Source: Chiloscyllium plagiosum
Taxonomy: Eukaryota
DNA length: 42,915 bases
Assembly (NCBI RefSeq): GCF_004010195.1
Contig: NC_057759.1
Span: 4,268,301-4,311,215 of the forward strand
Reading direction: 5' to 3'
A program made the position numbers and the translations under genes. Below are positions 35,241 through 42,915 of this stretch, piece by piece. The notes beneath the pieces were generated by a model that did not search any database, was not told the DNA's origin, and saw nothing but the letters and a program-made list of their open reading frames with translations. Position 1 is the stretch's first letter; each line of letters starts with the position of its first letter.

Positions 35241-35738
35241 AAGTTGCAGGTTGATAACTAGATTCTCACATATACACGACAAAAGCTTTGACATGTGGCG
35301 TATGATAAATGCAGTAATAAACCAGAGATTGACATGTACAGATTAATAACTACACTCTGAGATACGCAGAGCAACAGCTGACACAGATATATTCATACAG
35401 CACAGATATACTCATACATCAGCCATCGAGTCTGCACCTACAATATCCTTTATATCTTTACCACTTGTGGTTGATCTTCAAACACGGGAAACAGCTTCTC
35501 TTTATTCACCCTGTCCATACGCCTAATAACCTTTTATACCAAAATCATGAGCCACCAGACTGAAATCATTCAGTCTTCTCTGCTCGAAAGAAAACAATCC
35601 AAGCTTATTTAGTCTCTTATTTTCTTTTGGAAGTAATATTTGTGCTTTGATACTAATCCACAACACTGGGTATGGGTTTAGCACTGCTGCTATCACTGTC
35701 GGTTTAATGTGAATGATTTATTCTTGCATCCTGAAGCA

Positions 35739-35991
35739 GCGCATGCGCGATGCAGCTCCTTCCCCAAAATTGAACGTTTGTGACGAGTAGAGGAGCGCAT
35801 GCGTGAGGCCCTCCCCTAGCGCTGCCCCGGCATTTACTCAGTGAGTGCAAGAGGTTTGTTTTAAACAGACCGCAATGGAGAGATCAGCGCCCAGGGAAGC
35901 GAGGGAACAGCAGGCTCCTTCCAGCAGCACATCGGGATGGGAGCCTGGGACACAGAGGGGGCTCCGAGACCGGGATTGATTCGGGGTGAGT
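35739..35991 (+). promoter_or_regulatory. Putative promoter/first exon module, copy 2
   Basis: GCGCATGCGC 35739-35748 and GCGCATGCGT 35795-35804; donor GTGAGT 35986-35991. Confidence 0.58.
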
Positions 35992-36910
35992 TCAGGGAGA
36001 ACCGGGGGCTGTTTGTAAGAGGCCGAGCGGAGCAGGAACTGGTCCCGGATCTTGGAGTGAGCGGGCTGGGGGGAAGAGAGAGGCCTTTCTCGGGCTGTGT
36101 GTGGGCCTGCTGAGGGAGGCAGAGCGGGAAGAAGCTGGTTCTTGGGGTTTTTAATCCCCTACACACTGATGGGAATTCATTGTTTGACTTCTGTTTCATA
36201 CTGTTTGTTGATACTGGGCAGTGAAGAATGGAAGTACAGACCATAATTTTGCGACAATCTTATAAAGGATACTTATTAGAGTGAACAGACTTGAAGTTTC
36301 GAGTAAAACATTAGACATAGCGTCCCTTGTTCTTTCCTTCAACATTTAGTGTATTGGCAGCTTGCTATTGGTGTATGTCAGCGTTGCAGCTGCTTCAGGA
36401 ATTCCCATTCATGGAGGTGAACAGATAATATTTCTGGATCTCACCCAATTGTCACAAAGTTGCAAATAAAAGAAAAGGAGAAAGAGTGGAATTGAAACCT
36501 GGTTCTGTTTGAATTGCTAGGTTTAAAAATACCCAAATGATTATTAACTGACTGCCACACTGATCAGTTAAATCTTGCCTAACGTTGCTTATATTGATTT
36601 ACAGCTGAAAAATCTTCTGTGTTCCTCCAAGGAAATATTTGAATGTCATATTTCCTCGGTACAAAGCCAATTGTGACCAGCTGCTTCTAACAAACAGAAG
36701 GTATGTTACCACTGTCAAAACAGAGAACATCCTTTCCACAGGCACAGAGCAGATTGAATGAGACTTAGTTTGAGCTCAATTTCCAGAGATATATCCAAAG
36801 AAATGGACAGTTAGACACAACTGCAGAAAGACAAATTTCTTTTTTCTCTGCATTCTCCATAGACATCTTCCCAGTTTCAGTTAATATGATTCATAGGCCA
36901 CTACCATTCA

Positions 36911-37816
36911 CAGCATTTTTGAAGTTGACTGGTTGTCTAAAGTAGGCAATTGGTGTACTAAATCCAATTTACATTTTAAATGTTACAAACCGGATAAACA
37001 ATGACATCGTGCTTTTACATAATTTCAGCAGCCATATGTGACAAGTAGGGAATCATTACTGAGCACACAATATCAATATGAAAAAATAATATCATTAATT
37101 CAAATTATTAATACAGCTTCCTACAACATCATGAGATATACTTGATCAGGTCCAAGAGTTTGAGACACCTTTATTTTTTTTTTAACGTCTCTAACACGCT
37201 GCCTCACAGCGCCAGAGACCTGGGTTCAATTCCCGCCTCAGGCGATTGACTGTGTGGAGTTTGCACGTTCTCCCCGTGTCTGCATGGGTTTCCTCTGGGT
37301 GCTCCGGTTTCCTCCCACAGTCCAAAGATGTGCAGGTCAGGCCATGCTAAATTGCCCGTAGTGTTAGGTAAGGGGTAAATGTAGGGGGATGGGTGGGTTG
37401 CGCTTCGGCGGCTCGGTGTGGACTTGTTGGGCCGAAGGCCTGTTTCAACACTGTAATCTAATCTAATCTAATCTAAAAACACCTTTTGGCATGTGAACTG
37501 TTTTCACGATGTCAATATTTAATTCCCCAAGTTTCCTAGCCTCCACTCCTATGTCTCCAGGCATAGAATAGTAACTGTACTCACATATTCATATTACAAA
37601 GAATGACAGATTCAGATTGATAAATGCATTCATGCATTATCAAATCAGAAACTGATTGGGAGAGATTAAATATAAATTTATTAGTCATTAATAACTCATC
37701 TAGCAGAAACTTTCAGGGTTAGTCTTTTAGTTAGAATTAGAATGCATACAGTTTTGGAACAGGACCTTTAGCCCTGCAAGTCCACACCGACCCTCTTAAA
37801 ATGATCTCAACCAGAG
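36911..37816 (-). repeat. Right arm of the inverted duplication
   Basis: Reverse complement of 24630-25570 with 30-bp and 5-bp deletions and a few substitutions. Confidence 0.95.
37199..37474 (+). mobile_element. HE1 V-SINE lacking its first ~30 bp
   Basis: Duplicate of 24976-25284. Confidence 0.9.
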
Positions 37817-38075
37817 CCATTCCCTTATCACTCTACATTTCCCCCTGACTAATGCACTTAACCCACACATCCTTGAACACTGTGGACAATTTTGCATGGC
37901 CAATTCACAAAACCTCTTCTTTGGACTGTGGGAGGAAACCGGGGCACCCAGAGGAAACCCACACAGACACAGGGAGAATGTGCAAACTCCACGCAGACAG
38001 TCACCTGAGGCTGGAATCGAATCCAGATCTCTGGCGCTGTGAGGCAACACAGCCAACCACTGAGTCACTGTGCCG
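37731..38075 (-). mobile_element. Older HE1-family V-SINE
   Basis: V core and head on minus strand; its tail is also present at 24630-24715. Confidence 0.85.
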
Positions 38076-38079
38076 TATA

Positions 38080-40030
38080 ATATGCTGCATTATACAAGAA
38101 TATTCACATTTTAGAAACTGACTGGTACAGATTGATTACAACACTCGTATGTTCACAGAACAGAAACTGATAGTTACAGATTGATGACTACATTTTCACA
38201 TTCATATTGCAGAAAATGACAGGTATGATTTAATGAATATATTTGCATATTTATAAGCAGAAACATTCAGGGATATATTAATAACTGCATTCATACATTC
38301 ACATATCTGAAACTGACAAGTACAGATCAAAAACTAAATTCGCTTATTGACGTAGCAGAAACTGAGACACACAGATTGATACTTGCACTCATACATTCAG
38401 ATAGCTGAAACAGACAGGCACAGATGGATAGCGGAAACTGACAAAAACTTTCCCATAGCATAACCTAACCGGTAAAGACTTATTACTACACTTTCAATTT
38501 CACAGAGGGAAAAACACACTGTCATGTACAGCTTGATAATGATACTCAAAAATAACAGAGCAGAATCTCACAGGTACATGTTGGGAACTACACTCTCTCA
38601 TTGACCTAGCAGAAATTGACAGATGCAGACTGATAACTACACTGACACATTCACAACACAAACTGACAGGAACAGGTTGAAAACCATCCTCATTCATTCA
38701 TGTAGCAGAAACTAACAGGTATAGATGATAACCACCATAAATTGATAACTGGACTCACACATTCACGTTACAGAAACTGACATACATTTTGATGAAGGCA
38801 TTTGGACATTACCAAAGCAGAAACTTACAGCTACATGTTCATATCAACACTCTCATAGACAGACAGCTGAAACTCGTTGAGCTCAGTTTGAGAGAGAGAT
38901 GTTCAAACAACTGAGAAAATATCAGTTTGTTTTGTTCTCACAATTCACAATGCACATGTGTCCAGTTTGAACAAATTTACCATTCACAGTTCATTGACAT
39001 TTGAACAATTTTGAAACTGGAATGTCTGAATTCTTGTCCAAAATATGCACTCACGAACTGAAATAGATCTGCCTAAAGTCACCCTCATAACGAGTATCAC
39101 ATAAAGAATCACACCCTCACTGAGAATTTTAGTGGCTGCCAGAGAGATACGTCCCTTTACCCAATAGAAACTGACAAGCATGCATTGATACCTTTGTTCA
39201 CTCGTTCACTTTGCAGAAACAGGCAAAAAGACATTGATGGCAACACACATATTGACAGGGTAGTCTCTCTCTCTCACACACACACACAACCTTTTGCGGA
39301 CACTGCCATGGATAGATTCATAACACTCACATTCTGTCATTCACATGACAGAAAGTGACACACACACACTCTTATTTTCATTGCACATACCAGCAGGAGT
39401 GGGTTGACAACTACACTTTCATATTCAGATATCAGAAAGTATCGTGTACAGATGAATAACTGCTCAAATGTTCACCTATCAGAAAGTGGCATTACAGATC
39501 AATAACCAAACTCAACTGCTATCAGGTAGCAGTTGAGTTTGGTTATTGTTCACAAAGATAAAAACAAACTGACCGGTACGTTATGATAGCTAAAATTACA
39601 TTCAGAGGTCGGAAACTGACAAGTAGACCTCTGATTGCTAAATACACACTCACGTTTACACAATAGTAACTGTCCTAGAAAGATTAATATTCACAATGCA
39701 GAAAGTGACAGGAACAAGTTGATAACACTCCCATTTCACAGAACATGAACTGACAGGTACAGTTTGATAACTATTCACAGAACAAAATCTGACAGCCATA
39801 TATTGACACTCGCACTTTTACACCTAGCAGAAATTGACAGATACAGATTGATAACTAAACTCACATTCGCACAGCAGAAACTGAGAGAATAGATTTATAA
39901 CAACAGTCACATGCTTGAATTGCAATAACTTACGGGGACACCTTAATGACAACACTTACATGTTCATGTGACAAGAATGGACAGGTACAGGTCGATAAAT
40001 GAATTTTCATATTCACAATGCAGGAAGTGA
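38080..40030 (+). repeat. Degenerate ~45-48 bp satellite array (same family as 14730-15390)
   Basis: Recurrent cagaaactgaca...acagattgataactacactc...attcac. Confidence 0.82.
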
Positions 40031-40501
40031 GAGATGGAGACTGTGTGATCAGACTGTGGCTTTAAGAGGTTTATTTTGTCCTTGAAGAGTAATTTTAAGG
40101 CAGAGACACCGAATCACAAGACCCAACAGTTTGAGGCCTATTGGGTATCTTTACAGAAAACTGAAGACTCATCAACAGAAATACTTTACATTTGAGAAGG
40201 AGACCTTGGATTTGTTGTTTTTAGAGAAATTTAAGAACAAAAATTACAAACTGTTTCGATGAAGCTTATTATCTCAGTCATTCAATTTGCAAATTAGATA
40301 CATGGCAGGACAAGAGAACCTAATTGCCAAGGTGTTGTCGTAAGTTTGATGACAAAAGTTGGAAACGTTTCGTAGCAGGAAAACTTGGACTGTCGTTGTG
40401 AATGTTTTCATGCTTAGAGTCACTGAAATGTATATGTATTGTGTACTAATAATGTAAGGGTAAAGAATTTTTTATAAAGTTAGGCCATTTCTATATATTA
40501 T

Positions 40502-42360
40502 GCAAAAGTGAGGACTGCAGATGCTGGAAACCAGAGCTTAGATCAGATTGGTGCTGGAAAAGCACAGCAGATCAGACTGCATCTGCGGAGCAGGAAAATC
40601 GATGTTTCGGGCAAAAGCACTTCATCAGGAATTGAGGCAGGAAGCCTCCAGGGTGGAGATCCTTGTCACATTTTCCTGATGTTGAACTCGTTTGGTGAGA
40701 TTGGTAAACTAGGAGGCTGAATAATAAAAATGTGAGTTGTGGTGTTAACAAGACGTTTAACAAGTGTTAATCCTCATCAAATGGTATCGCAGTGCTGTCT
40801 AGCGAGATTTTCACCATGCCCCTTGGGAAAGGTATAAAAGATGGAAAGAAATTCATGCCACAACGCCAACGCCTCCTCTGTGTGTTTTATATGTATCTGT
40901 GATGTAAGCACAGTAATGTTATACTGTTCTGTCAGTTTGAATGTTAAGTCTGTTGAGGCACTACTAAGCACAAAGTACAACGGGTGAAGGGGGGTGGGGA
41001 TGGAGGTGATAGGTCAGAGGGGACGGTGGAGCGGATAGGTGGGAGGGGAGACTGACAGGTAGGATAGGTCATGTGGGCGGTGCTGAGCTGGAAGTTTGGA
41101 ACTGAGGTAAAGTGGGGGGAGGGGAAATGAGGAAGCTGGTGAAGTCCACATTGTTGCCCTGGGGTTGAAATATTCTGAGGCGGAAGATGAGGTGTTCTTC
41201 CTCCAGGATTCGGGTGGTGAGAGAGTGGTGGTGAAGGAGGCCCTGGACCTGCATGTCCTCGGCAGAGTGGGAGGGGGAGTAAAACTGTTGGGCCATGGGG
41301 CAGTGGGGTTGTTTGGTGCGGTGTCCCGAAGATGTTGCCTGAACTGCGCTGCGAGGAGGCATCTAATCTCCCCAGTGTAGAGGAGACTGCATCAGGAGCA
41401 ACGCATACAAAAAATGGCATTGGTGGATATGCAGGTAAAACTTTGATGGATGTAGAAGGCTCCTTTGGGGCCTTGGATGGTGGTGAGGGAGGAGGTGTGG
41501 TTGCAGGTTTTGCAATTTCTGTGGTGGCAGGGGAGGGTGCCAGGATGGGAGGGTAGTGGACCTGACCAGGTAATCACTGAGGGAATGGTCTTTGCGGAAA
41601 AGGGTGGGTAGAGAAATATATCTCTGGTGCTGGGGTCTGTTTGGAGGTGGTGGAAATGTCGGCAGATGATATGGTTAATGCGAAGGTTGGTAGGGTGGAA
41701 AGTGAGGACCAGGATGGTTCTGTCCTTGTTACGGTTGGAGGGATGGGGTTTGAGGGCGGAGGTGCGGGAGGTGGACGAGATGCGTTGGAGGGCATCTTCA
41801 ATCAGTTGAGAAGGGAAATTGTGATCTCTAAAGAAGGAGGCCATCTGGTGTGTTCTGTGATGGAACTGGGAGCAGATGCAGCAGAGGTGGAGGAATTGGG
41901 AATACAGAATGGCATTTTTGCAGGAGATCGGGTGGGAAGAGGTGTAATCCAGGTAGCTGTGGGAGTCGGTGCATTTGTAAAAAAAGGTCAGTGTCAAGTC
42001 AGTCGTCATTAATGGAGATGGAGAGGTCCAGGGAGGGAAAGGAGGTGTCAGAGATGGTCCAGGTGAATTCAAGGTGGGGGTGGAATGTGTTGGTGAAGTT
42101 GATGCGGGAGCACGAGGTGGTGCCGATGCAGTCATCAATGTAGCGGAGGAAGAGGTGGGGAGTGGTGCCGGTGTAACAATGGAAAGTGGACTGTTCTACG
42201 TAGCCGACAAAGAGACAGGCAGAGCTGGGGCCCATACAGATGCCCATGGTTACCCCTTTGGTCTGGAGGAAGTGGGAGGATTCGAAGGAGAAATTGCAGA
42301 GGGTGAGGACCAGTTCATCCCAACAAATGCGAGTGTCAGTGGTAGGGTATTGATGGGTTC
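40502..42360 (-). mobile_element. 5'-truncated Penelope-like element (RT C-terminal part, GIY-YIG endonuclease, pLTR), interrupted at ~40660-40980
   Basis: MGICMGPSSACLFVGYVE, FLRYIDDCIG, TDSHSYLDYTSSHP, CKTC...FTCISTNAIFCMRCS, EEEHLIFRLRIFQPQGNNVDF. pLTR with CTGATGA...GCCCGAAACATC near 40600-40628. Confidence 0.92.
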
Positions 42361-42384
42361 TTTCTAAGAGGGGTGGAAGGTTTG

Positions 42385-42860
42385 GTGTTATTGTGGCTTT
42401 AAGATGTTTATGTTGCTCTTTGTTCTTGAAGTGAGGTTTTATGGCAGAAGTGTCGAGAAGTCTCCACTAGAGTAAACAGTTTGAGGCTCCTTTTTAAAGT
42501 TGGAATATCAGAAACAGCCTGAATGGGTGTAGTCAAGCTCTCACAGAATGACATTTTTAGTTTTGGCTTTCACCAAAGCTGTTGGTGTGCTGAAGATGAA
42601 AAAGCTAGTTTTCACCTCTCAGTTACTGTCAGAAACTGCAGATTCTATTTCTGCTACTGGAGTCGTATATGAGACTATCTGTTTTATTGAGTTTGTCTTT
42701 TGCCAACAATGTTTATGGGATAATACTGGAACGGTTAATTAGGAAGAGTTACAGTGCCCATTATTCTGTTAAGTTTTCCAATAGAGTTAAGTTATTCCAA
42801 TTCCTTCTTTATTGCTTTGTATGTTAACTACTGTGGACAGGACAAAATGTACCTTTCAAA
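42385..42860 (+). mobile_element. LTR fragment resembling the Gypsy LTR at 5795-6465
   Basis: Patchy similarity (ttttgccaacaatgtttatggga). Its start is also similar to 40055-40140. Confidence 0.5.
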
Positions 42861-42915
42861 GCCACATTATCATTCTAACTGGATAAGTGCTCTCATATTC
42901 ACATTACAGAAATGA

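Overview
Repeat-rich cartilaginous-fish genomic DNA. The HE1 V-SINEs with (TTAGA)n tails and HER1/CR1 LINEs suggest a shark, probably a bamboo shark; this is inference. There are two assembly gaps (24130-24629, 34539-34974). The only intact-looking genes are a replication-dependent histone H1 (30807-31487, +) and an H3.2-type histone (32251-32661, +). The H3 carries a compensating -1/+1 frameshift (AYLV to LTWL) and a duplicated stem-loop/HDE cassette. The H1 promoter has TG and AC boxes 354 bp apart plus mirrored HiNF-P-like sites. Not called as such in the ORF track is a minus-strand pseudogene of an Ig-superfamily inhibitory receptor (FCRL/PECAM-like): two phase-1/1 Ig exons and a terminal exon with two tyrosine motifs. 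The histone pair lies inside a ~0.9 kb inverted duplication. An NRF1-motif promoter/first-exon module occurs twice, 33 kb apart. The rest is CR1 LINEs, HE1 SINEs, Gmr1-like Gypsy remnants and a solo LTR, Penelope-like elements with minimal hammerhead ribozyme motifs (one a perfect 96-bp-arm palindrome with a 17-bp TSD), satellites and small duplications. Repeat boundaries were set by eye and are approximate.
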